From: Candidatus Methylacidithermus pantelleriae
GTDB lineage: Bacteria > Verrucomicrobiota > Verrucomicrobiia > Methylacidiphilales > Methylacidiphilaceae
Direction of reading: 5' to 3'
NCBI RefSeq assembly: GCF_905250085.1
Contig: NZ_CAJNOB010000001.1
Span: forward strand, 104,624 to 128,623
Length of the DNA: 24,000 nt
A model generated the notes under the pieces. It ran no database searches, had not been told where the DNA came from, and saw nothing but the letters and a program-made list of their open reading frames with translations. This document shows, piece after piece, positions 1 through 9,384 of this stretch. Numbering within the stretch: the stretch's first letter is position 1; each line of letters starts with the position of its first letter. The translations under genes and the position numbers were made by a program.

Positions 1-751
<751 letters not shown>

Positions 752-773
752 CCTCTTGAGCGGTTCGATTGCC

Positions 774-1520
774 ATGGTGCTGGGTCGCTTTGCCTGCCAC
801 CGCAACGCTGGGAAAAAACGAGTCGTTTTTTTTCTTTTGGCCTTTGCAAGCTGGCTAGCACTTTTTCCCGCCCCGGCCGTCGCCCGGGAGGAATGGATCA
901 TCGTGAGCGGGGGACCGGCTTTGCGTTTCTTTGAAAAGAATAAGCCACAAAAGGAGAGTCACGATCACTTCTGGGGAAACTTTATCCGAGCGGCCGTCGC
1001 GCGAATCCAACAGCTCCAGGCACAAAAACCCGAGGATGTGGAAATAAGCTGGCTGGTATTCCGCCCGGGGTATGAGCGCCGGGGTGAGGAAGAACACTTG
1101 GATCTTTTGCAAGCGATCCTCTACCAAGCCAAATCTCTTGGGGTGAATCTTTACTGGTTCGACAATGCCCTGCAGCTGGTTAACTACCTCAATCATGGGA
1201 GGGACCGGCGCCAGGTTCCCGTTGGGGATTTTGAGTACTTCGGCCATTCCAACCGGGCTTGCTTTATGTTCGATTACTCTTCGCTCTTTGATACCCTCTC
1301 CAAGGAATTTCTGCACGAGCGAGATCTTCCTCTCATTGACAAGCATGTCTTTGCTCGACACGCCCAAGCCAAAAGCTGGGGGTGTCACACAGGGGAGGAA
1401 TTTAGCCGGCAGTGGAAGCGCCGCTTCGGTTTTCCGATGGTGGGAGCGGTGGGAAAAACCGATTACTCGACGGGGGCTCTCCCCTCGCTTTCGACTCAAA
1501 ACGGGCGATGGGCCGAATGA
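774..1520 (+). CDS. Exported protein of unknown function; possible caspase-fold-like domain
   Basis: ORF 666..1520 with a likely ATG start at 774 (MVLGRFACHRNAGKKRVVFFLLAFASWLALFPAPAVAREEW: signal-peptide-like). Contains FEYFGHSN and AKSWGCHTGEEF motifs. Confidence 0.7.
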   Translation: MVLGRFACHRNAGKKRVVFFLLAFASWLALFPAPAVAREEWIIVSGGPALRFFEKNKPQKESHDHFWGNFIRAAVARIQQLQAQKPEDVEISWLVFRPGYERRGEEEHLDLLQAILYQAKSLGVNLYWFDNALQLVNYLNHGRDRRQVPVGDFEYFGHSNRACFMFDYSSLFDTLSKEFLHERDLPLIDKHVFARHAQAKSWGCHTGEEFSRQWKRRFGFPMVGAVGKTDYSTGALPSLSTQNGRWAE

Positions 1521-1987
1521 GAACTTGGGTAGCCGTTTGCGGACTCTTTTTTGCCGTAGCGGCCGGTTGGACCTTTGCCGAGACTTCTCCCTCGTCCGTT
1601 CCGAAAGCGACGGCAGTCTCTCCCCTCCAGGGAGAGGAGTTTATCGGGCACCGGTTTTGTGAGAAGGATGGTTATGGCTGGGGATGGGTGAAACGACCCG
1701 GCCAAAGCTGGGATCAGGCGGTTTGGGTGGCCCTTTTTGAGCAGCCTGGTCGGCTTGTGGCCCCTCATCGCAAACTGGGGCGAAGAGACGCCGATCAAGA
1801 TTGGGAATACCGGATGCGAGGATATTTTGCGGATTTTCAGGTCTATGACCCGCGACGGGATGAACTCTTAGATGTGTTTGTGCCCCAATCGATCGAACCG
1901 ATCGGCAAAGCCCCGCCCTTAAACAGGCCTCCCGGCCCTCCCTCGAGACGGAAAGGCCGCACCGCATCTAGGCCATTTTCGCGCTAG
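1508..1987 (+). CDS. Exported hypothetical protein
   Basis: ORF 1412..1987; plausible starts at ATG 1508 or ATG 1517, the latter overlapping the upstream TGA (1518-1520). Signal-like N-terminus MRTWVAVCGLFFAVAAGWTFAE. Confidence 0.6.
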   Translation: MGRMRTWVAVCGLFFAVAAGWTFAETSPSSVPKATAVSPLQGEEFIGHRFCEKDGYGWGWVKRPGQSWDQAVWVALFEQPGRLVAPHRKLGRRDADQDWEYRMRGYFADFQVYDPRRDELLDVFVPQSIEPIGKAPPLNRPPGPPSRRKGRTASRPFSR

Positions 1988-2018
1988 GATTGGACAGGTC
2001 CGACCCGTTCGTAGCAGG

Positions 2019-2510
2019 CTACTTTTGTTTCCAGGTCCCGTCAGGCAACTGGATCCACTCGCCGGGGAAAGCCCGCTCCCTCCATCGCTGCGCATATTCC
2101 TCTTGGATCACTTCTAATGCTCGGGACTGTGTCTTGGCGTTGGCCAGATAGAGCTCAAGACGGTCTCGGTTCTCTTCCTCGACGATTTTCTTTGCATAGG
2201 CGGCATAGGCGGGATCTTTGGGAGGCTGTACGATGGAAAGGAACCCGTCACGGTTCTCTCCGATGACCCGAGCGTTTTTGAGCTGTTGAACCTCCCCCAT
2301 TCGCATCCTCCTTCGTTCCGCAACCGTTTCTACCGGTTTGGGTGCTACGAGCTTGGGCGTTTTGACTTCCACATCCATTCTAATGTGGATGCGCACCGGT
2401 TCCGGGGTTACAACCTTGACCGTGGGGGAGCAACCCCAAGAAAGCACAAGGAGCGGGACTCCTTGGAGGATACCCCATTTGAGAGATCTTTTCACTGGGT
2501 TTGTTCCCAT
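2019..2510 (-). CDS. YnbE-like lipoprotein fused to YdbL-like (DUF1318) domain
   Basis: ORF 2019..2594 (-); likely start M29 (MGTNPVKRSLKWGILQGVPLLVLSWGCSP), about 2510. N-part GCSPTVKVVTPEPVRIHIRMDVEV resembles YnbE; C-part NARVIGENRDGFLSIVQPP...EENRDRLELYLANAKTQSRALEVIQEEYAQRWRERAFPGEWIQLPDGTWKQK resembles YdbL. Confidence 0.72.
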   Translation of the reverse strand: MGTNPVKRSLKWGILQGVPLLVLSWGCSPTVKVVTPEPVRIHIRMDVEVKTPKLVAPKPVETVAERRRMRMGEVQQLKNARVIGENRDGFLSIVQPPKDPAYAAYAKKIVEEENRDRLELYLANAKTQSRALEVIQEEYAQRWRERAFPGEWIQLPDGTWKQK

Positions 2511-4168
2511 TCCCGGAGCCAGGTCCAGCTTCCTTTTGTTTCCTCTTGGATCCAATGGAGGAAGACCCCCCGGTACCCACGCCGGTGGCTCCAAAACTCC
2601 ATGCGGGCATGGGTTTCCGGAACCCCGTATTGGACAAGGAACTCAGCACGGTCAAAAGGATAGGAGGCAAGGGAGTCCAACACCCATTGGGCAAGCTTGG
2701 TTTGCACGGGGTTCCCATGGGCAGGAATTCGCCGGGAAAACCTCTCGATCCCCCTTACCCGCACAGTACCGCCTCGCGGTAAGGATAGCCCGAGCTCGGT
2801 TTTTTGGATCTCAAGCCCGCGGGCCTGCACCAGAAGTTTTCCGTTTGCCCTGCCTTCCAGCCCCACGACCTGGGAAGGAACCCCAAGAGCCTTACAGAAA
2901 GACCCAGCTTCAAGCTGCGACAAGCTGAGCCAGCCCAGCCATGGATAGCCGTGAGCAAAAGAAATGGCAAAGCCGCCCTTGACGTATCCCTTGCAGGCTT
3001 TGCCTCCCGTCTCCCCATAGATTCCCTTGGGATCAAACGTAAAGGTCACCCACCCGTCAGTTACTTCCACGCCCTTCCACCTAGCCCGAGGAACCCGCAC
3101 GACCTGAACGACGTTGTGGACCCCAGGTTTGCCAGGCGGAAGGGAAAAGCCGACCGATCCACCGGCCAGCCAAAGGTGGATTCCGTAGTTGGGATAGTCC
3201 AATTCACCAGGAAGAATAACGAACTGGCCACGGACAGAGATATCTTCCAGCTGGTTGAGCGCAACTTCCTTCGAATCCGACTCAAAGGTAAACGGTAGAG
3301 CAAGCTGGGGAGCTCCAAAGGCGCTGACGACGAAACGTCCCGCACGGATGCGGAGCCTATCAATCGTCCAGGAGCTTCCTCTCCCAGCTGCCTGGCCTTT
3401 CTTGGCCTCCTCAAAAAACCAAAAAAGATCTGGACCGAGAAAAACCGTAGGCCCCAGCACTTCAACCTCTTCGATTCGTCCCCTAGCCAATCCTCCCCAG
3501 GAAAAACGAAACCGGACATTCTCGACCGATGCGATCGGGCTTAATGGATCCCAAGGCGAGTCAAGCACAAGCCTACCTGTTTCTACCCATTGGAGCCCCA
3601 GTCCTCCGGAAACCAGCGCACCCAAAGGTACCTCTTGAATCACCATGGTCTCCGAACGGCCCATAGCTACAGTCAAAGTTCCCAGGGGGGAAAGGAGACC
3701 CTGCCACTGGAGAACCCCCTGATCAATCCGTAGTTGCCCGATGACCCAGGAGGAACCAAGATCCGCCGGGTGGTGTTGGCCGGGTCGAGAGGGAAAAAGC
3801 GCGGCCAAGGCCTGGGGCCGAATGACCAGATGGTCCGCCTCCACCAGAGCGATCCTTTTTCGGCGCAGAAGTTCCCAAAGATTCCAACGGATCCGCAGGT
3901 GGCGTGTCGTAAGCGCGTTCCCAAGGGAGAGATCTTCCAGTAGCCAGCCACCCACTCCTTCCCAGGAAGCGTGTCGGATCCTAAGGGGAATGCCTTTTTG
4001 GGCACAGGCAAGCTCGATCCATTGGCCGAGCCGTTCGCGCACAACAAGATCGATCCCAAGGAAGGCTAAAATCCAAAGGGCTGGGAAAAGCCATGCAACC
4101 AGCCAGCATTGCCAAAGCCTAGCTCCATGACCTTTTTTTCTCCGAGCCTCCTTCCGGCTTCCTTCCAT
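2492..4168 (-). CDS. YdbH-like / AsmA-superfamily-like inner-membrane anchored protein
   Basis: 558 aa; one N-terminal TM segment (LVAWLFPALWILAFLGIDLVV), then a long beta-rich region (IRHASWEGVGGWLLEDLSL..., LELEIKY/GLSLPRGGTVRVRGIERF); position next to the YnbE/YdbL-like gene supports a YdbH-type assignment. Confidence 0.6.
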   Translation of the reverse strand: MEGSRKEARRKKGHGARLWQCWLVAWLFPALWILAFLGIDLVVRERLGQWIELACAQKGIPLRIRHASWEGVGGWLLEDLSLGNALTTRHLRIRWNLWELLRRKRIALVEADHLVIRPQALAALFPSRPGQHHPADLGSSWVIGQLRIDQGVLQWQGLLSPLGTLTVAMGRSETMVIQEVPLGALVSGGLGLQWVETGRLVLDSPWDPLSPIASVENVRFRFSWGGLARGRIEEVEVLGPTVFLGPDLFWFFEEAKKGQAAGRGSSWTIDRLRIRAGRFVVSAFGAPQLALPFTFESDSKEVALNQLEDISVRGQFVILPGELDYPNYGIHLWLAGGSVGFSLPPGKPGVHNVVQVVRVPRARWKGVEVTDGWVTFTFDPKGIYGETGGKACKGYVKGGFAISFAHGYPWLGWLSLSQLEAGSFCKALGVPSQVVGLEGRANGKLLVQARGLEIQKTELGLSLPRGGTVRVRGIERFSRRIPAHGNPVQTKLAQWVLDSLASYPFDRAEFLVQYGVPETHARMEFWSHRRGYRGVFLHWIQEETKGSWTWLREWEQTQ

Positions 4169-4192
4169 AAGCTACCGCCAAACCGCCAGGAC

Positions 4193-4981
4193 TTACACCC
4201 ATGCACGCGTGAAACACGAGACCCCCTCCGGGAGGAGCCCCGTGGACACCTTCCGAGCCAGATAAATCCCATCGGCTACCGGCAAAAGCACTCCTTCGAC
4301 GCGTCGGTCCTGGGCCAACTTTCGGTTGAGCTCATGGATCACCGCCGTTGCCGGATCCGACGACGGGGATTCCGCCACCTTCCCCTCACGCAGCATGTTG
4401 TCAAAGGCGATAAGCCCTCCGGGTCGTAGCCGGGGTAAAAGCTCCTCATAGTAGAGCTCGTAGTTCTCCTTGTCCGCATCAACAAAGGCAAAATCAAAAA
4501 GAGGGGCTCGGGGCAAGGCCCTCAAAGTTTCGAGCGCCGGTCCCAGTTTGAGTTCAATCCTTTCGGACAGCCCAAGTCTTTCCCAGTAACGAACGGCGAT
4601 TTGTGTCCATCGAGGCTCGATATCGCAAGAAAAAAGTTTGCCCCCCGGCGGAAGCGACCGGGCAATGGCAATGGCCGAAAGCCCAGTGAACGTCCCTAAC
4701 TCGATGGCCAATTTGGCTCCCATAAGGGAGACCAATAGGGAAAGAAGGCTTGCTTCCTCCCTGGGTATGGCCATGTTGGAAACCGGACCCAAGGCCAAGG
4801 TTTCCGCGCGCAATTCCTCTACGATCGGATCGGACCGAGCCTGGCAAAGATCCTGAAGGTACCCGTAGATGGTTTGGTTGAGTGGTACGAAGCGAAGGCT
4901 CACTGGTTCCAATAGAAAACCGTAGCTTGCGCGTTTTAGCAAACCCAAGCTAAGCTCCCCAAACGAGCGTTCCACCGGCAC
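4193..4981 (-). CDS. Class I SAM-dependent O-methyltransferase (caffeoyl-CoA O-methyltransferase/YrrM-like)
   Basis: AIELGTFTGLSAIAIARSLPPGGKLFSCDIEPRW...FDFAFVDADKENYELYYEELLPRLRPGGLIAFDNMLREGKV, family-typical motifs. Confidence 0.9.
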   Translation of the reverse strand: MPVERSFGELSLGLLKRASYGFLLEPVSLRFVPLNQTIYGYLQDLCQARSDPIVEELRAETLALGPVSNMAIPREEASLLSLLVSLMGAKLAIELGTFTGLSAIAIARSLPPGGKLFSCDIEPRWTQIAVRYWERLGLSERIELKLGPALETLRALPRAPLFDFAFVDADKENYELYYEELLPRLRPGGLIAFDNMLREGKVAESPSSDPATAVIHELNRKLAQDRRVEGVLLPVADGIYLARKVSTGLLPEGVSCFTRAWV

Positions 4982-4987
4982 GCTTGT

Positions 4988-5662
4988 CTAAACGGCCGGC
5001 TGGGCAAAATGAAGGCATCGTTCGGCCATTTGGTTCAAAGAGACGCGCACAGTCCGAAATCCCTCGGCGAGCAAAAGGAAGACTTCCTTCAGCCGTTTCC
5101 GCGACGCAAGGGGATCCATTGCAGCACTACGGTAGTAGGCCTGCCCCACGGCCTCATAGAAGTCCATCCCCGGAGCGCCGTGATGGCGGGCCTCTACGTT
5201 CTGGGGAAAAATTCCCGTCAGGAAAAGCGTGTAGTCTGCAAGGAAATGCCGGAGTTCAAAGGAAGCTTCCCCGGGCTCGCCGGCTTTTTCCATAACTTTG
5301 ACCAGGTTCACAAAGCTTTTTCGACCCCCAGCCCACCCCGGGTGGCGCATCCGGTCCTGGCGAAGGAAAGCCGCAAGCACAGCCGCCACGTAGTCACACA
5401 GGTTGCGGTCATCCATCCCGTTCCGTAAAAGCGCCCTTCGCGTGAGCACGTAAAAGTAAAAGGGAGCCGACACCTTGCACAAAGCCGGCTCGTCCAAAAG
5501 CGCCTGGTAGATGGGTTCTAGATCCAAAAGCTCTTCCCATCCTTCCGGATCCTCGAGGAGCCGTTCCAGCGCCCGGGCACTCCGAGCCGTCTTACTCAAT
5601 CGGCTCACGACAAACTGGGCATCCCGCCGCGTGAACTGGCTTCGACACAAGACCACCGCCAT
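4988..5662 (-). CDS. Conserved-looking hypothetical protein
   Basis: 224-aa ORF starting 6 nt upstream of the methyltransferase on the same strand; balanced composition and hydrophobic/charged patterning; no family recognised. Confidence 0.6.
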   Translation of the reverse strand: MAVVLCRSQFTRRDAQFVVSRLSKTARSARALERLLEDPEGWEELLDLEPIYQALLDEPALCKVSAPFYFYVLTRRALLRNGMDDRNLCDYVAAVLAAFLRQDRMRHPGWAGGRKSFVNLVKVMEKAGEPGEASFELRHFLADYTLFLTGIFPQNVEARHHGAPGMDFYEAVGQAYYRSAAMDPLASRKRLKEVFLLLAEGFRTVRVSLNQMAERCLHFAQPAV

Positions 5663-5740
5663 AGTGACGGTTGTTAACGAACAGCTTTCATGCCAGAATG
5701 CAAGGCCGGAAGTAGGTCGACGTGAGGACTCTCAAGACCC

Positions 5741-6268
5741 ATGGACTCCGAGGAATTTCTCGACATCGTTGACCCGGAGGACCGAGTCATTGGCTCGGCC
5801 CCGCGCCACGAGGTGCACGCTCGGGGGCTGTGTCACCGGGCCTCCCATGTGCTCCTCTACAACGCGCGGTGGGAAATTTTGCTCCAAAGGCGATCCCTAA
5901 GAAAGGAGTTTGATCCCGGGCGGTGGGACTCCTCGGCCAGCGGGCATGTGGTTGCGGGCGAAGATTACCTCACGGCTGCGGTTCGCGAAGTGCTGGAAGA
6001 GCTGGGCGTTTCGATCCCGCCGGACCGGTTACGCTGGATCGGTAAACTCTCCCCGACCGGCAAAACGGCTCACGAATTTGTAGCCATTTTCCTGGGTCCG
6101 ATCGACCATCCCCTTCACCCCAGCCGACGTGAAATCCTCCAAACCGGCTATTTTTCCCTTTCCTGGATTGATCAATGGACACGGCAACGTCCGGAAGATT
6201 TCGCCCCCGCTTTTCTGGCCGTATGGGAGGCGTGCCGGGATGGGATGATCGAGAATCTGGCGCGCTAA
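5741..6268 (+). CDS. NUDIX hydrolase (IDI/YfcD-like)
   Basis: Nudix box GHVVAGEDYLTAAVREVLEELGV matches GX5EX7REUXEEXGU; N-terminal FLDIVDPEDRVIGSAPRHEVHARGLCHRASHVLL and ILLQRRS typical of this subgroup. Confidence 0.93.
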   Translation: MDSEEFLDIVDPEDRVIGSAPRHEVHARGLCHRASHVLLYNARWEILLQRRSLRKEFDPGRWDSSASGHVVAGEDYLTAAVREVLEELGVSIPPDRLRWIGKLSPTGKTAHEFVAIFLGPIDHPLHPSRREILQTGYFSLSWIDQWTRQRPEDFAPAFLAVWEACRDGMIENLAR

Positions 6269-6326
6269 CAAAAGAAACCTTGGGTAGGAAAAAAAGCGCT
6301 CACCAAAAACATGCTTTTGCTCTCCT

Positions 6327-7562
6327 CTACCTACGCCGCGCTCTGACATAGTGGTACCCCCAGACACGACTTGCCAGTGCCGCCCCCAAAAGACCAACAA
6401 TGCCAATCCAATAGGTCGCAACTGGGAAAATTTTCCCTTCCAATCTCAGGGCCACCACACTCAGAAGCGTGGGAAGGAGTCCTATCCCGATCCATACAAG
6501 AAGCGCTCCAAAAAGGGGAATATAGGGAAAGATCCGTGCACCCGCCCCTACCGCCAAAAGAAGGAACCCAAAGAGGGCCCACCGGGGAGTGGGAACCAGA
6601 AAGTCCCCCTCCATCAATTGAAGGGCACCCCGCAGCTGAATTTCTACGGGGCTTGCTTTTCCCCTGGGCGTTTGGAGATACCGCGCTACTGCCGGGTCGG
6701 TAAGCCCGATCCAGACTTGACGCCCCTCTAGCTCTCGCAGCTCCTCCGGCACGGCCCCCCCGTGGATGAGCTCATTCATGCCAACGAGGAAGCTCCCATA
6801 GGAGACGCGAGCCAAGGGCCTTTTCCAGGAGGAAAACCGCAGTCGCAGCCGTCCTTCTGCATCGATCGGGATTTTTCGCACAATCCTCCCCTCATGGTCT
6901 CGCAGAAGGACGATTTGCCCCACCGGGTCTAGTTCGCAACGGGAAAGGTCGGCTCCCAGTTGGATCCCCGCTGCCACAAGCGCTAGGGAAGCATGGAGAC
7001 TTCTGCCGACCCGAAAGACAAGGGGCAGGCCGCGGACGGTCCCTTGAGCTTCCGGTTCAAGATTGGAAATCCCCACCCAGCTCCCCTCGGGAAGCCCTAC
7101 GGGGGGTTCCCACACCGATTGGTACCGGGGAAACCGGTCGGGCAGCGGGTTGAGGAGCCGGAGGGAAACCAGCCGGGGACCCGGACGCGCTCCCCCCTCT
7201 TGAGAAAGGAGCGCTGCTCCAGAGAGAGCCACATGGGGAAAGCGGCCCAAGACGGCCCGGAATGTATCGTCAAACGCCGCAAAGGATGCCTCCTTCTGGT
7301 ATAACAAAGGTTCCACCACCACGCTTTTCGGGCGCACCCGGGCCAGTTCCCGCAAAACAACGGCAAATTCCAGCCGGGGCCATGGCCAGGGACGATCCGT
7401 CGGGATTTCATTGATTTCCACCAGAGCCACCGGAGGGGCTGAGGGAGGCAGGGGCCGCCAGCTTTCCCAGCGGTCCGCAAACCAAGAGTCCAGCGGCTCG
7501 GTAAGACCAAGCACATAGAAAACCCCTACCACTGCCGTCCAAAGAAGGCCTAGGAAACCCAT
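6327..7562 (-). CDS. CHASE2-domain membrane protein without an obvious effector domain
   Basis: ORF 6327..7970; likely start M at 7562 (MGFLGLLWTAVVGVFYVLGLTEPLDSWFADRWESW), CHASE2-like body (VALVEINE...PWPWPR, VVEPLLYQKEASFAAFDDTF, VWIGLTDP) then C-terminal TM helices and a short basic tail. Confidence 0.8.
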   Translation of the reverse strand: MGFLGLLWTAVVGVFYVLGLTEPLDSWFADRWESWRPLPPSAPPVALVEINEIPTDRPWPWPRLEFAVVLRELARVRPKSVVVEPLLYQKEASFAAFDDTFRAVLGRFPHVALSGAALLSQEGGARPGPRLVSLRLLNPLPDRFPRYQSVWEPPVGLPEGSWVGISNLEPEAQGTVRGLPLVFRVGRSLHASLALVAAGIQLGADLSRCELDPVGQIVLLRDHEGRIVRKIPIDAEGRLRLRFSSWKRPLARVSYGSFLVGMNELIHGGAVPEELRELEGRQVWIGLTDPAVARYLQTPRGKASPVEIQLRGALQLMEGDFLVPTPRWALFGFLLLAVGAGARIFPYIPLFGALLVWIGIGLLPTLLSVVALRLEGKIFPVATYWIGIVGLLGAALASRVWGYHYVRARRR

Positions 7563-7885
7563 GGTCACCGCTTCCTGCCAAGGCTCCCGGAGAGGCCGTT
7601 GCGGAAAGCGGCCGACAAGGCGAGCCACCGAGGGAAAGCCGGATATCCTTGGGGTCACGACCTTTTTCTCACTCGAGTTTTGGGCAGCCGTTTCCGGCGG
7701 GCACGGGCCCCTTTTCTTTTCTTCTGTCGTCCGGTGGCCCCCGTGACCGGGCCAAACAACGTTTTTCGCTCGAGGCGCCAGAGCCCTTGCCGTTCCCCGC
7801 AAAGGCTCGCGAGCCGGGCGAGCCCGCGCAACGCGTGGCCCATCAATCTCCGAGCCAACTGGCACAAAAGCCGAAATAGGTCCTC

Positions 7886-9280
7886 TTGGCAAGACCAGGG
7901 TTTGCCTTAGAAGGAAGGGTGAGGCAGTTTTGCCTTGTGGAGGAACCGGAACTTTTCCCGTCGCTTGCAACGCCTAGTTTTCCTCAAGCGCCGCTGGCTC
8001 GCCGGCTTCGTCCTCGCACCTGGGACGAGGTGGTCGGACAGGACCATCTCCTTGGGCCCGGACGGCCTCTGCGGGAGCTGTGGGAAAAGGGAGCCTACCA
8101 AGCGCTTGTGTTTTTTGGCCCACCTGGTTGCGGCAAAACGACGTTTGCGGAACTTTTTGCCACCACCTCCACGGGGCCTGTAGTTCGGTTGGATGGGGCC
8201 AAGGTTATCGCCAGCGAGCTTCGCCGGGCGGTGGGGCTAGCGCATCGACAATGTGGGCTTGCTCAAAGTCCGCCGTTACTTGTGATTGATGAGATTCATC
8301 GTCTCCACCGAGACCAGCAGGAGATCCTCTTAGCCGAGCTTGAGAGGGGGATCATCCGGCTGGTGGGTGCGACACCTGTCAACCCTTGCTTCTTTTTGAC
8401 CCCGCCGCTAATCTCCCGTTGTCAGATTTTTGAGCTCGAGGCCCTCTCACTGGAAGCCCTAGGGAAGATTTTGGACCGGGCCCTCGCAGATCAAGAGCGA
8501 GGAGTTGGGAAACTAGGCCTTTGTCTTGACACGGAGGCGCGAAAGATTCTTCTCGTTGCTTGCGAGGGAGACGCCCGGAAGCTCCTCAACTGGGTCGAGA
8601 TCCTAAGCCGATGGGTTTCGGAACGCCCCGGCAGGTTGCCCAAGGAAATTGGTCGAGAGGAACTCGAAGCCATCGGGGTCAAAAAGTGGGTCCGCTACAC
8701 ACGCGATGGAGACGAGCACTACGATACGCTTTCCTCATGGATCAAATCGATCCGAGGAGGAGACCCCGACGCAGCCATCTATTGGCTAGCTCGGATGCTC
8801 AAAGGGGGCGAGGATCCTCGCTTGCTTGCCCGCCGGCTGGTGATTGCTGCCAGTGAAGACGTGGGATTAGCTGATCCCCTCGCTCTTCCTTTAGCGGTTT
8901 CAGCCTTCCACGCGATCGAGGCTGTGGGGATGCCGGAGGCTTCGCTCGCCCTGGCCGAGGCTACCTTGTATCTAGCGACCGCGCCCAAAAGTAATGCGGC
9001 CTACCGGGCGATCCAAGGAGCACTGGACGCTTGGGAAACAAAGCCTAGCCAGGAGGTTCCCTCGTGGCTGCGGGACGCCCATTTTTCTGGTGCGAAAACG
9101 CTCGGGCGGGGGACCGGGTATCTCTACAGCCACGAGTTTCCTGAGGGAGTTGCACCCCAAAGTTACGGGGTGACCCCGGGAAGTTTCTACCAGCCGACCG
9201 ATCGGGGCTACGAGAAGCTTATCCGAGAACGATTGGATCGGTGGCGGGAGCTCCGGGGGGGAGCCGCGGATCCGAGCTAG
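7886..9280 (+). CDS. rarA: Replication-associated recombination protein A (RarA/MgsA AAA+ ATPase)
   Basis: PLARRLRPRTWDEVVGQDHLLGPGRPL, Walker A GPPGCGKTT, Walker B LLVIDEIHRLHRDQQ, GATPVNPCFFLTPPLISRCQIFEL, C-terminal SYGVTPGSFYQPTDRGYE. Start uncertain (TTG 7886 or in-frame GTG 7919). Confidence 0.92.
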   Translation: MARPGFALEGRVRQFCLVEEPELFPSLATPSFPQAPLARRLRPRTWDEVVGQDHLLGPGRPLRELWEKGAYQALVFFGPPGCGKTTFAELFATTSTGPVVRLDGAKVIASELRRAVGLAHRQCGLAQSPPLLVIDEIHRLHRDQQEILLAELERGIIRLVGATPVNPCFFLTPPLISRCQIFELEALSLEALGKILDRALADQERGVGKLGLCLDTEARKILLVACEGDARKLLNWVEILSRWVSERPGRLPKEIGREELEAIGVKKWVRYTRDGDEHYDTLSSWIKSIRGGDPDAAIYWLARMLKGGEDPRLLARRLVIAASEDVGLADPLALPLAVSAFHAIEAVGMPEASLALAEATLYLATAPKSNAAYRAIQGALDAWETKPSQEVPSWLRDAHFSGAKTLGRGTGYLYSHEFPEGVAPQSYGVTPGSFYQPTDRGYEKLIRERLDRWRELRGGAADPS

Positions 9281-9384
9281 AAGCGTCCCCGGAGCTGGTT
9301 ACCCATCGCACTTCCCTATGGGGCATGGAGTTAGGCTTGCAGGAAGGGGCAAACTTCGTTTTAAGAGAAAAGGTCGTAAGAGTT

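Noticed and set aside
855-1499. 214-aa minus-strand ORF
   Set aside because: Lies antisense to the exported-protein gene and shows no recognisable domain or start context.
3320-3340. CTTCGAATCC resembling a tRNA T-arm
   Set aside because: Inside the YdbH-like CDS; no cloverleaf, acceptor stem or anticodon arm around it.
7563-7970. N-terminal extension of the CHASE2 ORF
   Set aside because: Low-complexity Pro/Arg-rich sequence that overlaps the rarA 5' end antisense; the family-like N-terminus begins at M 7562.
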